From: an uncultured Verrucomicrobiae bacterium
GTDB lineage: Bacteria > Verrucomicrobiota > Verrucomicrobiia > Chthoniobacterales > Chthoniobacteraceae
Length of the DNA: 64,000 nucleotides
Assembly: GCA_963828525.1 (NCBI GenBank)
Contig: CAWHEP010000010.1
Coordinates: 1-64,000, forward strand
Direction: 5' to 3'
Notes under the pieces: model-generated
Told to the model about the DNA's origin: nothing
Database searches by the model: none
Seen by the model: the letters and a program-made list of their open reading frames with translations, nothing else
Position numbers and translations under genes: made by a program
Shown: positions 44,698-54,695 of the stretch, in pieces
Layout: each line of letters starts with the position of its first letter
Numbering within the stretch: the first letter of the stretch is position 1

Positions 44698-45918
44698 TCA
44701 GTTATCTTCTCCGAGGCGCCCCGCCGCGCGGGCCCAGTCAGCGGCCCCTTGTCCAGCCCTCCCGCCCATGGCCAGACACCCATGGATCAGATAGCCCCCA
44801 GTTGGCGCTTCCCATCCCACCATCTCACCTGCCGCGTATAAACCCGGCGCGCGCTTGAACATGAGCATCTCGTCCAACTCATCCCACTCCACTCCGCCAG
44901 CGGATGAGATCGCCTCGGCCAGCGGTCGCGGGCGGAGAAGCCTGATCTCGCAACCCTTCACTCTCATCGCGAGCGATTCAGGGGAATCAGCGCCGGCCTC
45001 GCCGCGCCCGCTCTCGACGATGGCCCACGCCGCGTCGCTGAGCCGCCACCGGTGTTTCGCAGTGGCCGCCAACGGGCCTGCTGTGCCCGCCAGCCTCGCG
45101 ACCAATCGTTCAACACTCACGTCCGGCTTGAAATCAATCCGGATTGAAGGCGCGGCCATTTCGCGGAGCTTGGAGCCTAGCTGGTAGAGCGCGCCTCCTT
45201 CCAGTCCGTAGCGGGTGATAAGAAGCTCGCCCGCAGCGCGGGCGCCGTCCGCGCTCACAACCACGTTCTTGCAGGGCTGCCCTTCAAACACGCGCGCGTC
45301 GGCCGGCCAATCACATTCCCACCCGCAGTTGGCTGGCTCAAGCGGCGCAACCTTTATACCCAGCTTTGAAAGCGCGCCCACCCACGCGCCGTCCGATCCC
45401 GTCTCAGGCCATGAACCCCCGCCCATCGCGAGCACAACCGCATCCGCCTCAAACGCTTTATGGCCAGCCGCAGTCAGCAAGCCAAGGCTCAGCGGCGCGC
45501 CCGGCGTTATACTCACAAGCCGGCTCCGCATTTCGAAACGCGCGCCGCAATCCTTGAGCTTCCGCACCCATGCGCGTAGAAGCGGCGCCGCTTTCAGGCC
45601 CTTTGGGTAGACGCGGCCCGTCGAGGCGGCGAATGTCTCGATTCCCAGCGAAGAAGCCCAGGCCCGGAGCGCGTCCGTATCAAACTCTTGGAGCAAACTG
45701 TTCCACCGCGCCAACCCCGCTTCCGAACGGGAATAGCGAGTGGCCATTGTCTCAGCAGTCCCGATAGCGCTTAAATTCAGTCCTCCCCTCCCAGCTACAA
45801 GGAACTTGCGGCCTGGCGACGGCTTCGCGTCAAATAGGGTGACGCTGGCGCCATGCGCCACCGCGACTTCTGCGGCCCGCAGGCCCGCCGGTCCCGCGCC
45901 AATCACCGCGACATTCAT
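44698..45918 (-). CDS. HI0933/YhiN-family flavoprotein
   Basis: [60 protein letters not shown]. Confidence 0.9.
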   Translation of the reverse strand: MNVAVIGAGPAGLRAAEVAVAHGASVTLFDAKPSPGRKFLVAGRGGLNLSAIGTAETMATRYSRSEAGLARWNSLLQEFDTDALRAWASSLGIETFAASTGRVYPKGLKAAPLLRAWVRKLKDCGARFEMRSRLVSITPGAPLSLGLLTAAGHKAFEADAVVLAMGGGSWPETGSDGAWVGALSKLGIKVAPLEPANCGWECDWPADARVFEGQPCKNVVVSADGARAAGELLITRYGLEGGALYQLGSKLREMAAPSIRIDFKPDVSVERLVARLAGTAGPLAATAKHRWRLSDAAWAIVESGRGEAGADSPESLAMRVKGCEIRLLRPRPLAEAISSAGGVEWDELDEMLMFKRAPGLYAAGEMVGWEAPTGGYLIHGCLAMGGRAGQGAADWARAAGRLGEDN

Positions 45919-47315
45919 GCGGAAGGGGCGCGCAGGGGCAGGGTGACAAGAAAAGTGGATCCTTCTCCCGGGGTGCTTTGTGCTTCGACATGGCCACCAT
46001 GCGCTTCCACCACGGCTTTTACGAGGCTGAGCCCGAGGCCCAAACCCCGCTGCGCGCGACTCTTGTCCCCGCGGTAAAGCCGATTCCATATTCGCGGCTG
46101 TTCTGCCGCCGGGATGCCAATGCCGGTGTCCGTCACCGTGATGCGCGCGCTTCCATCCAGAGCGCGGCAAGCGATCGTCACCGTGCCGCCGGAGCCAGTA
46201 TATTTTACCGCGTTATCCACGAGGTTTGCGAACGCCTGCCGCATCCGGGTAGGATCGATCTCGGCCTCGCAGCCGTTCTCTAAATCCGTCTTTAAAAGAA
46301 CGCCCTTCTCATCGGCCACGAAAGAATACATCTCGGCTACCTCGCTAAGGAGGGTAGCCAGCGAGGTGTTCGCGCGATGGAGCGTCATCATACCCGATTC
46401 CGCTTCTGTAACGTCCATGAGCACGTTCAGCATCGTCAGCACGCGGTCGGATTCCTCCACGCAGTCCGCGAGCGCCTCTTTGGAGTCCCCGGCTTCATCG
46501 GCCTGTAATGCGCTCTCCGCCGACGCGCGAAGCCGGGTGAGCGGCGTTCTGAGGTCATGCGCCACATTATCCAACGCCTCGCGCATGGCGCGAATCAGAT
46601 CCTGGTTCTTGTCGAGCACCCGGTTGAATTGCCGCGCCAGGTCGGCGAGTTCGGTGGCTTCGTGGCTTTCGGGCACCCGCTCCGCGAGGTTGCCGGTGCT
46701 GACGATGCTTCGAGCTGTTCTCAGCACCTCGCGCACGGGCGAGATGGCTCGATGAGCAACCATTGCGCCTCCTCCTAAACCAAGAAGCAATGCCGGCCCC
46801 ATCACGACAAGAAATGCCAGCATGAATGGCCGCAAGATCGTCTCCCGCCTGTTTGTGCTCCGCCCCACTTGCAGTACGGAGCCATCTCCAAGAGGCATCG
46901 AAGCGATCATGAAGTCGCTCCGCTCGTCTTGCGGGATGCGCAGCCATGCCATTTGCGAGACCCGCTCGATGTTCGCCGCGGGTTCATTCTCAAAATGAAC
47001 CCATTCCGACGGAGCCGCTATGAAGAGCACACTCCCAAGAGGCCCCATCACGCGGACGAAGAATGACCCTTTCCCCGCCTCGGCGTGGTGAACCAGCGAA
47101 CTCAGGGCAGGCAACCCGTTGTTCTCGTACACAGCAGCGCACTCCTTCAGTCGCGCCGTGATGATTTCTCGTTCGCTTCGCTCGAAGAGCGATCCCATCA
47201 GCAAATAGAGCAGCGCGAAAAGGAGCGCGGTGCTGATCGTGAACGCGCCCGCGTACCAAAGGCTCAGGCGGAAGCCGAAGCTCGACCACAGTCGCTCAAG
47301 CTTTTCTGAGAACAT
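45915..47315 (-). CDS. Membrane sensor histidine kinase (HAMP-HisKA-HATPase)
   Basis: Two TM segments; [26 protein letters not shown]. Confidence 0.93.
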   Translation of the reverse strand: MFSEKLERLWSSFGFRLSLWYAGAFTISTALLFALLYLLMGSLFERSEREIITARLKECAAVYENNGLPALSSLVHHAEAGKGSFFVRVMGPLGSVLFIAAPSEWVHFENEPAANIERVSQMAWLRIPQDERSDFMIASMPLGDGSVLQVGRSTNRRETILRPFMLAFLVVMGPALLLGLGGGAMVAHRAISPVREVLRTARSIVSTGNLAERVPESHEATELADLARQFNRVLDKNQDLIRAMREALDNVAHDLRTPLTRLRASAESALQADEAGDSKEALADCVEESDRVLTMLNVLMDVTEAESGMMTLHRANTSLATLLSEVAEMYSFVADEKGVLLKTDLENGCEAEIDPTRMRQAFANLVDNAVKYTGSGGTVTIACRALDGSARITVTDTGIGIPAAEQPRIWNRLYRGDKSRAQRGLGLGLSLVKAVVEAHGGHVEAQSTPGEGSTFLVTLPLRAPSA

Positions 47316-47971
47316 ATCCCACCCCTCTTATTGTCTGAATCAACTTCTCCGGGAAGTCCTTATCCACCTTCGAGCGGAGCCGATGCACCAGCACATCCAC
47401 CAGATTTGTTTGGGGATCGAACCCGAAATCCCAGATATGCTCCAGTATCATCGTTTTCGTAACCGGACGTCCGGCATGGCGGAGCAGCAGTTCCAGCAGG
47501 CCGAACTCACGTGGTTGCAGATCGATCTTCTTTCCGTCGCGGAGAACTTCCCGTGAAAAAATGTCCATCTTCAAATCGCCGACGGCCAGGTGTGAAGGCT
47601 CCGCAGCGTGAGTCGCCCGGCGAATGAGCGCCTGCACGCGGGCGAGCAGTTCGGAAAACGCGAATGGCTTCGTCAGGTAATCGTCTCCTCCTGACTGCAA
47701 GCCCAGCACGCGATCATCCACGCTCGCTCGCGCGCTCAGGATGAGGACGGGAGCGCTCACCTTTTTCCGGCGCAACTGTCTCAGCAGCGAAAGTCCATCC
47801 AGCTTCGGCAGCATAAGATCCAGCACAGCCGCGTCGTAGGTGACGGACAGGGCGTAATCGAGACCCTGCTCTCCGTCTCGCCGCGTGATCCACCGCAAAC
47901 CCATTTTGTTTAAGCCCGTTGACGATGAACGAAGCGATCTTCAGATCATCTTCGACGAGAAGAATGCGCAT
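47296..47971 (-). CDS. OmpR/CusR-type response regulator; one frameshift near 47880
   Basis: [34 protein letters not shown]. Confidence 0.93.
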
Positions 47972-48078
47972 AAAATCTTATAGCCCCATCCTGTGCCGCG
48001 CGCTCTCCTCTTATCCAGTGGAAAACCCTCCCGTCCGTCAAAACGGATCGGGAGGGCCCATCCCACTGCCAAACAAAA

Positions 48079-49566
48079 TCAGCCGTTGCTCTCTTCAACA
48101 CTCAGATACCTGCTTCCCTCCCGGCTCCATACCTTCACCAGCGTCTGACCTCCCGTCGCGCGCTCGGTATCCGCGATCGCGTCCTTGGCGCTTTCCACTG
48201 GCTGCCGGTTGATCTCCGTTATCACGTCGCCAGGGCGCAACCCAGCTTCCGAGGCCGGTGAGTCTTGCGCGACATCTGTGATCAACGCGCCGCGCACGCT
48301 GGACGGTATTCCCGCGCCCGCCCGCGCGTTCTGATCTATGTCGGCTACAGCCACCCCGGCCAGAGCCTCGCGCTGCCCGTGTTCTTTTGGTTGCGCGGAG
48401 GCGACGCCTTGCTCCGTAAGCCGCCCCAGCGTGATCTCGATTGTCTTCAACTCCCCGTTGCGCAGCACCTGCGCGGAGATCTTCGTTCCAGGCGCGGCTT
48501 CTGCCACAAGCAGCTTCAACTGGCTCGCGTCTCTCACAGCCTGCCCGTTAAACTCGCGGATTACATCTCCACTCTTCAGACCGGCGCTTTCTGCGGCCCC
48601 GCCGGGACGCACATCCGACACCAGCGCGCCATTCATCTTGTCCAGCTTGAATGCCTTCGCCAGCTCGGGATTGATGGTTTGTATGTTGATTCCGAGAAAG
48701 CCTCGCTCGACCTTCCCGCTCTTCACGAGACTCGCTGTCACCCACCGGCAGATATTGGAAGGCACCGCGAATCCGATACCCTGGTTGCCGCCGCTATGGC
48801 TGAGTATTGCGGTGTTAATGCCAACGAGCCGCCCGTCCGTATCTACAAGCGCCCCACCGGAATTCCCCGGATTGATCGCCGCGTCCGTCTGGATGAAGTC
48901 CTCATCCATGCTGCCGGATGTCACACGATCCTTCGCGCTCACGATGCCCTCAGTGACCGTCTGTCCAATGCCGAAAGGGTTTCCGACGGCGAGAACCACA
49001 TCACCCACAGCGACAGCGTCACTATCCGCCAGCGTAAGCGCCGGAAGATTTTCGACATTGATTTTGACCAGGGCGATGTCCGTCTTCGGATCCCGCCCGA
49101 TCACTTCGGCGGGAAACTGCCGCCCATCGGCAAGCGCGACGCGTATCTCCGTTGCTCCATCCACGACGTGATTGTTTGTGAGGATATAACCGCTCGGAGA
49201 GATGATGACGCCTGAGCCAAGGCCATGCTGCCGGGGCGAAGTCTCATTGCCTCCTTGGGAATTATCTCCGAAGAAATGCCGGAACAGGTCTGCTTCCTCC
49301 CCAGACACCTCCCTCCGGGAGTTTTTGGACGTGACGAATACCTCAACTACACTGGGAGCGACTTTTTGCACAATCGGCGCAAAGCTGCCAGCGGGGGTTC
49401 GCCCCCGGTCCACAGAGCCATGTTCGACTTTCAGGTCGAGGGGGCTCCGCGCGGTCGCGCCCGGCATCGCCCCGGCGTACGAAATTCCCGCGATCAATGC
49501 GGCAGCCCCTGCTATCGCAAGGGCGGGTTTGTTGAAGTGTTGTTTGTGAATAGGGTCATTGTTCAT
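48079..49566 (-). CDS. degP: Do/DegP-family serine protease with two PDZ domains
   Basis: LGSGVII, ILTNNHVV, TDIAL, IQTDAAINPGNSGG, GIGFAVP; two PDZ domains. Confidence 0.93.
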   Translation of the reverse strand: MNNDPIHKQHFNKPALAIAGAAALIAGISYAGAMPGATARSPLDLKVEHGSVDRGRTPAGSFAPIVQKVAPSVVEVFVTSKNSRREVSGEEADLFRHFFGDNSQGGNETSPRQHGLGSGVIISPSGYILTNNHVVDGATEIRVALADGRQFPAEVIGRDPKTDIALVKINVENLPALTLADSDAVAVGDVVLAVGNPFGIGQTVTEGIVSAKDRVTSGSMDEDFIQTDAAINPGNSGGALVDTDGRLVGINTAILSHSGGNQGIGFAVPSNICRWVTASLVKSGKVERGFLGINIQTINPELAKAFKLDKMNGALVSDVRPGGAAESAGLKSGDVIREFNGQAVRDASQLKLLVAEAAPGTKISAQVLRNGELKTIEITLGRLTEQGVASAQPKEHGQREALAGVAVADIDQNARAGAGIPSSVRGALITDVAQDSPASEAGLRPGDVITEINRQPVESAKDAIADTERATGGQTLVKVWSREGSRYLSVEESNG

Positions 49567-49641
49567 GCCCGCAAATTCACCCGCCTCGACCCGCCATTCC
49601 CTTACCTGAAGATTACAAATCAGCAAGGATGCCTACCTTAT

Positions 49642-50328
49642 TCAGCGCGTATGCCCTCCAGGCCAGCCGGTGTGTCGCTGATGATTCCAGGAGTATCCCC
49701 AGGCCCATCCCGCGAACCCCACCAGGAAAGCTACTGCCGTGTACGTAAAGGCCTGCCTTGGCACGAAAGCCTGTATCCCGAGAATCCCCACTGATCCAAA
49801 CACCATGATTCGCCCACCCGCGCGGTGTGTAGCTCGCCAGGTGTCATTATTGCGCAGCGTCCAGGGTGTGCGTATGCCCACAAAGTAATTGGGACGCAGA
49901 TTCCCCATATAGTTTCCCACCACCATCAACAAGATCAGGCACCCGTTTAGCGCGAACCAATCCATCCGCACGGGGTATCCTCGCGCAATCGCCATCTGCG
50001 CCCAGAACATCCCTGCCATAAAGGCCAGCATCGCAACCCGGACTATCCCCAGTTGCCTGGCACTCTGCCCAGTCTCCCCGCCCCGAGCCAGTCGCATCTT
50101 GGGATCAATCCGCGGAAGGAATCGGAGCAATGCCCACACCAGCGCGTTTGCTACGGGCAATAGCAAAAGCCCAAGTGACCTCGACGCCCAGCCATCGATT
50201 CTGCCATGTAAATTCCAGTGAATCGGAATGCGCGATGGGAACTTATCCCACTGCGCCGCCACGAAGATGAATGGTGTCACGAGCAGCATCATCTCCAGCC
50301 ACTCCCCTCTTGTATTTTTTGATCTCAT
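49642..50328 (-). CDS. sdpI: SdpI-family membrane protein (DUF1648 + SdpI)
   Basis: P.RIPIHWNLHG.IDGW, GNYMG.LRPNYFVGIRTPWTL....W..THR. Confidence 0.88.
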   Translation of the reverse strand: MRSKNTRGEWLEMMLLVTPFIFVAAQWDKFPSRIPIHWNLHGRIDGWASRSLGLLLLPVANALVWALLRFLPRIDPKMRLARGGETGQSARQLGIVRVAMLAFMAGMFWAQMAIARGYPVRMDWFALNGCLILLMVVGNYMGNLRPNYFVGIRTPWTLRNNDTWRATHRAGGRIMVFGSVGILGIQAFVPRQAFTYTAVAFLVGFAGWAWGYSWNHQRHTGWPGGHTR

Positions 50329-50596
50329 TTTGCTTTTTCCCTTTGTTTAAAAGACCCAAAATCCAACCCAGAGATTCGTCCAGCACCGTCGTCTCCAGGG
50401 AATACGTCACAAACTGGCCCTGTTTTCGTGATGACACCAAGCCAGCGCGCCTGAGCAGGCTTAGGTGGTAGGAAATGCTTGGCGCGCTCATCGAAAATGC
50501 CTTCCCGATCTCTCCCGCCGTAAGGTCGCGGTCCCGAAGCAGGTCGAGGATGTGTCGGCGGCTTTCATCCTGGAGAGCCTTAAAAAGAAGGTTCAC
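50243..50596 (-). CDS. sdpR: ArsR/SdpR-family autorepressor
   Basis: LFKAL.DESRR.ILDLL...DLTAGEI...F.MS.PSISYHL..L..AGLV...KQGQFV.YSL.TTV; directly upstream of sdpI. Confidence 0.88.
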   Translation of the reverse strand: MNLLFKALQDESRRHILDLLRDRDLTAGEIGKAFSMSAPSISYHLSLLRRAGLVSSRKQGQFVTYSLETTVLDESLGWILGLLNKGKKQNEIKKYKRGVAGDDAARDTIHLRGGAVG

Positions 50597-50605
50597 TTCT
50601 TACAC

Positions 50606-50632
50606 AATTAGACAACTATCTAATTAAGTCAA
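50606..50632 (-). promoter_or_regulatory. SdpR operator palindrome overlapping the promoter
   Basis: AATTAGA-caacta-TCTAATT (50606-50625), next to a minus-strand TTGACT -35 box (50632-50627). Confidence 0.7.
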
Positions 50633-50681
50633 GCTGCTTATCCGCATCTCCGATACCCTGTGTTGGTCCCCCGGCCTTTTA

Positions 50682-51122
50682 TCAGTGCTTTGACGCGAAC
50701 ACCTCATCCGACCGGCGAAGACGCCGCGAAAGGTCGCGCGCGATATTGAGGATCAGGATGCTGTACTGCGCTGGCATCGCCTTATACAGGTGGTGAAAGG
50801 CGAAACAGGAAAAACTGACCGTCGTCGCATCGGTTACCGCCTCCACCGTCGCGATCCGCGGCAGCGTCTCCAGGATGCACATTTCCCCAAAAAAATCCTT
50901 TGGTCCGAATACGACCAATTCAACAGAGGTCTCCTTCCCAAAGTCTTTCACCACCCGCACACGCCCGCTTTCAACGATGAACATCCGATTGCCGGTCTCT
51001 CCCTCACGCACAATGAGACTGCCCGCAGCGAAGGACTCTCTCTTGGCCTGCTCCAGCAGCAGGTCCAACGCTTCAGGCTGCAGCCCCGCAAAGATGGGCA
51101 CGCCCTCAATCTCCCAATGCAT
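50682..51122 (-). CDS. Stand-alone cyclic-nucleotide-binding domain protein
   Basis: IVREGETG..MFIVESGRVRV, FFGEM.I....PR.ATV.A; no HTH. Confidence 0.88.
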   Translation of the reverse strand: MHWEIEGVPIFAGLQPEALDLLLEQAKRESFAAGSLIVREGETGNRMFIVESGRVRVVKDFGKETSVELVVFGPKDFFGEMCILETLPRIATVEAVTDATTVSFSCFAFHHLYKAMPAQYSILILNIARDLSRRLRRSDEVFASKH

Positions 51123-51216
51123 GATCCACTTCTATCGCTGACGAAGAAGAAGCGCAATCCACACCGCAACCTCGAATCAGGTGATTGGGAATGCGATCTG
51201 CTGTGAGTTGCGGTGG

Positions 51217-52818
51217 ATGATGAACGCCGCCGCGCCAATAACTGACCTCAAAGACATGGTTCCTGTCGGACCAGATAGCCCCGCATGGCTGGGCGTGGCC
51301 GCTCTTCGCTTCATCCACGAGTCGGTGCTTGTCACTACGACTGATCTCGAAGAACCCGGCCCTGCCATTGTTTACGTCAATCCCGCGTTCACAAAGATGA
51401 CCGGTTACACGGCGGAAGAGGTCATCGGGCGCAACCCTCGGTTCCTTCAAGGCCCAAAAACGCGGCGGTCAACGCTTGATCGTTTGCGCGCCCGGCTGGC
51501 TGCGGGGGAGACTTTCGAGGGTGAGGACGTCAACTATAAGAAGGATGGCACAGAATTTTTCATAGACTGGTATATCGAACCCCTGCGGGATGCCCAAGGG
51601 CGGCTGACACACTTTCTGGCGGTGCAGCGGGATGTGACCGAGCGGCGTATGCTGGAGGCCCAGATCCAGCAGGCGCAGCGATTGGAAGGCATCGGCCTCC
51701 TCGCCAGCGGCATCGCCCACGATCTCAATAATGTGCTGGCGCCGATTCTCATGGGCAGCGGCCTCCTGCGGGATTCGTCAGTAGATCCCAGCTTCGTTGA
51801 GATAGTTAATCTTATGGAGGCCAGCGCCGAGCGCGGCAGCAACCTCGTAAAGCAAATACTCTCCTTCGCGCGAGGGATTTCGGGCGAGGGGGCCGTGGTT
51901 CAGCCCCGGCACGTATTGAACGATCTCGTCAAGATTACACGCCAAACATTTCCGAAGACCATAAGTATCTCCGCGGACGTCCCGCAGGATTGTTGGACGG
52001 TCGCCGTCGATCCCATCCAACTCCACCAGATTTTGCTGAACCTGTTTGTAAACGCGCGCGATGCCATAGACGAGGTTGGAACGATTTCCGCCGTGGCCGA
52101 GAATATCGATATCCGCCAGCCCGTCGGCACCCTTCGCGGCACTCTTAATCCTGGCAAATATGTGCGGGTCTCTGTGGAGGATAGCGGCTCAGGCATTCCG
52201 CCTGAGATCGTCGATCGCATCTTTGACCCGTTTTTCACCAGCAAGGAGGTTGGGAAAGGCACCGGTCTCGGTCTCGCGACCGTCTCTACAATCCTCAAGA
52301 ACATCGACGGTGGCCTCGATCTGCGGACTGGTCCGGCAGGCACGACATTCTCGGTATATGTCCCTGCGTCCAGAGCGGAGGGCCCAGTCCTGGTGCCATG
52401 GAATGTGGCCAAAGCGGCGCGGGGGGATGGCTGCAAGCTTCTGATCGTCGAAGACGAAGCCGCCCTCGCGGAGATCATAAAGGAAAGCTCCCTGGCTCTC
52501 GGATACGAGATCGAGGTAGCGGTTGATGGCGTCGAATGTTTCACCAAATACGGGGAGCATCATTTTGACTGCGTGATCCTCGATCTTCTGATGCCAGCAA
52601 GAGGCGGCGGTGAATTGATGCCTCTGCTGAAAAGCCGCTGGCCGGGCGCGCCCATTATTGTCCTCACCGGTCTCTCGGCGGAGCAAGCCAACACCCTCGC
52701 GCCGGATGCGGAGCGCGTGCTGACAAAGCCTTGCAGCGCCGAAACCCTCTTCTCCGCCATTACGGACGTTCTAGGCGCCAAAAAGCGTTCCGCTCCCGCC
52801 GGGTTTTACTCGATCTGA
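51217..52818 (+). CDS. Hybrid histidine kinase with an N-terminal LOV-like PAS domain and C-terminal REC
   Basis: [64 protein letters not shown]. Confidence 0.92.
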   Translation: MMNAAAPITDLKDMVPVGPDSPAWLGVAALRFIHESVLVTTTDLEEPGPAIVYVNPAFTKMTGYTAEEVIGRNPRFLQGPKTRRSTLDRLRARLAAGETFEGEDVNYKKDGTEFFIDWYIEPLRDAQGRLTHFLAVQRDVTERRMLEAQIQQAQRLEGIGLLASGIAHDLNNVLAPILMGSGLLRDSSVDPSFVEIVNLMEASAERGSNLVKQILSFARGISGEGAVVQPRHVLNDLVKITRQTFPKTISISADVPQDCWTVAVDPIQLHQILLNLFVNARDAIDEVGTISAVAENIDIRQPVGTLRGTLNPGKYVRVSVEDSGSGIPPEIVDRIFDPFFTSKEVGKGTGLGLATVSTILKNIDGGLDLRTGPAGTTFSVYVPASRAEGPVLVPWNVAKAARGDGCKLLIVEDEAALAEIIKESSLALGYEIEVAVDGVECFTKYGEHHFDCVILDLLMPARGGGELMPLLKSRWPGAPIIVLTGLSAEQANTLAPDAERVLTKPCSAETLFSAITDVLGAKKRSAPAGFYSI

Positions 52819-52947
52819 CCTGAGGGAGAAGCGCCTCCGGTCTGCCTCACCCGAGGCCCATTTCCCATCCCAGCGAGTAGGCGAGCGCGAGCGTTCTTTA
52901 GAGATCAACGCCCCGTCTGCTGGCGGGCTGGCTCGCCACTCCGCATC

Positions 52948-53838
52948 TCAGGGAACAGCCTTCACCAACGTTGCCACATCCTCCATTTCCGCTACCCCAA
53001 TCGATTCATCCGCCGCCCCATAGTAGAAGCGCCACAGTCCCTTGAAGTATGCCGCTCCTTCCGTGAACGTAAAAACCCGGTGACTCTGCATCTCATATTT
53101 GAACTTGGGCTCGATGAAAGGCGCCTCGCAGCGCTTTAAAATCTTGGAAGGATCCTCCCGCGAAAACAAGGCCCAGCCCGTTTTGCATAGCCGGATGATC
53201 CAGCGGCGTCCAATGAAGGAGATCGTCAGAAGTCGCCATGCCCATGGAGGGGTGCCATGGAATCTTCTGCCCTATGAAGTACATGATATACTTGCCGTTC
53301 ATCTTTTCGGGGACAATGACCGCGGCCTTCACCTCCTGCGGACCCCATGCCGGCGGTTGCAACACCACGCCTTTCTTCTGCCAATGGATGAGATCCTCTG
53401 ATGTGGCCAGGCACTGCGTCTGATTAAGACCACGCGGATCCCCAACGTAAGTCATATAATAAGTCGAGCCGAACTTAACCACCCGCGGGTCTTCCGCCCC
53501 GGCGGCATCATAAGTTTCGTCTGCTCCTAACACCGTGCCCGCGTGGCTGCGCGTGAAGTGAACTCCGTCGTCACTGAACGCCAGCCGAATCTGGTTTAAT
53601 TTCCCTTTGTTGATCACTTCCGCGCGATACAGCATCGCGATCCGATCGCCCATGACGATGGCTGTCGGGTTGAACGCGCTCGCTTCATCTTCCGCGTGGG
53701 ACATCATTGGCTGCGCGAAACGCACCACGCCATTTGCCTGTTTGATTGGAGACTCTGAAAAGTCCTCCGCTCTCGCGTTCAAGGCGCAGAGCGCCGCGGC
53801 GCCGAGGATCAAAAAAGCCCCGGAAAGGATTTAGCCAT
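52948..53838 (-). CDS. GH130-like beta-propeller glycosidase; frameshifted, apparently with an internal deletion
   Basis: AFNPTA, MLYRA, AEDPRV, YYMTY, KAAVI.PEK.NGKY.MY; second frame EDP.KI..R...P, FTEG, YYGAADE.IG.A. Confidence 0.75.
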
Positions 53839-53882
53839 ATAAAAAGGAAGGCGGAACGAGTCTGGGTGGATGAACAACCCGA

Positions 53883-54644
53883 TTAAGGCTTGGCAATCAC
53901 CGCCAGATAGTTCCGGACGCTCTTCAACTCCGGCAGGTAGAATGGATTGGAACCGTTTTTCACCCATAATCCGGTCGATCCTCCTCCGTCCAGATTCAGG
54001 GCGCGCTGGATTTTGAACTCGGTGATCACACCCGGCGTCGAGAGGACGCGCGATGTCTCTTCCAGCGTTAAAGGCGCGGTCACGAGCAGTGCCACCTGTG
54101 CCCGACCGTCCCAGAGAACTGCCGTCCTGACCGCCTCCGCGGTCGACTCAAGTCCGGCAACCGGCAAACCCTTGTCGATGAGAAAAGGCCCAGCCTGCAG
54201 GGCTTGTCGAATCCTCCCGCTTTTCCTGTACTCCTCTGAACGCAACAGCATGGCTCGATCCGCTGTCACCACCAGGATGCCACTCAACAAGCGAGCCCGC
54301 TGGAATGGATGGATGAGCCTCCCATCACTGATGACAAGCCCCAGCGACTCGCGGTCTGGCTGAAAGTAGTTCCCGTTCACACCGGCCACGCATCCAGGGA
54401 TGCCGCTCAGCACTGCTGCCAAATCGCTCCCATCATCTTGCGGGTGATCCACCACCTCCAGACCAAATTTGTCGGTATTGAGAATAATGAGGTGGAGCAC
54501 GACCTGGCGATCATTCCCTACAATCGTCTTTTTGATGTGTAACGCTCCGGTTGGAGAACCCACCCGTTCAGACGAGCGCAACTCCCATCCCGCCTGAACA
54601 CGCGCGCAGAACAGAAGGCAGGCAATGATCACATACTTATTCAT
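53883..54644 (-). CDS. Phosphodiester glycosidase (NAGPA) family protein
   Basis: AGVNGNYF, GLVISDG, LQAGPFLI, RTAV, ALNLDGGGS. Confidence 0.88.
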   Translation of the reverse strand: MNKYVIIACLLFCARVQAGWELRSSERVGSPTGALHIKKTIVGNDRQVVLHLIILNTDKFGLEVVDHPQDDGSDLAAVLSGIPGCVAGVNGNYFQPDRESLGLVISDGRLIHPFQRARLLSGILVVTADRAMLLRSEEYRKSGRIRQALQAGPFLIDKGLPVAGLESTAEAVRTAVLWDGRAQVALLVTAPLTLEETSRVLSTPGVITEFKIQRALNLDGGGSTGLWVKNGSNPFYLPELKSVRNYLAVIAKP

Positions 54645-54695
54645 GTCCGGCCTTCATAACCCATGCCGCCGCGAAGCGAAACCCTCCCACGTTCT

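Noticed and set aside
50243..50328. C-terminal extension of SdpR overlapping sdpI by 86 nt
   Set aside because: The extension is non-conserved-looking and follows A-runs prone to indels; it is most likely an error or neutral read-through.
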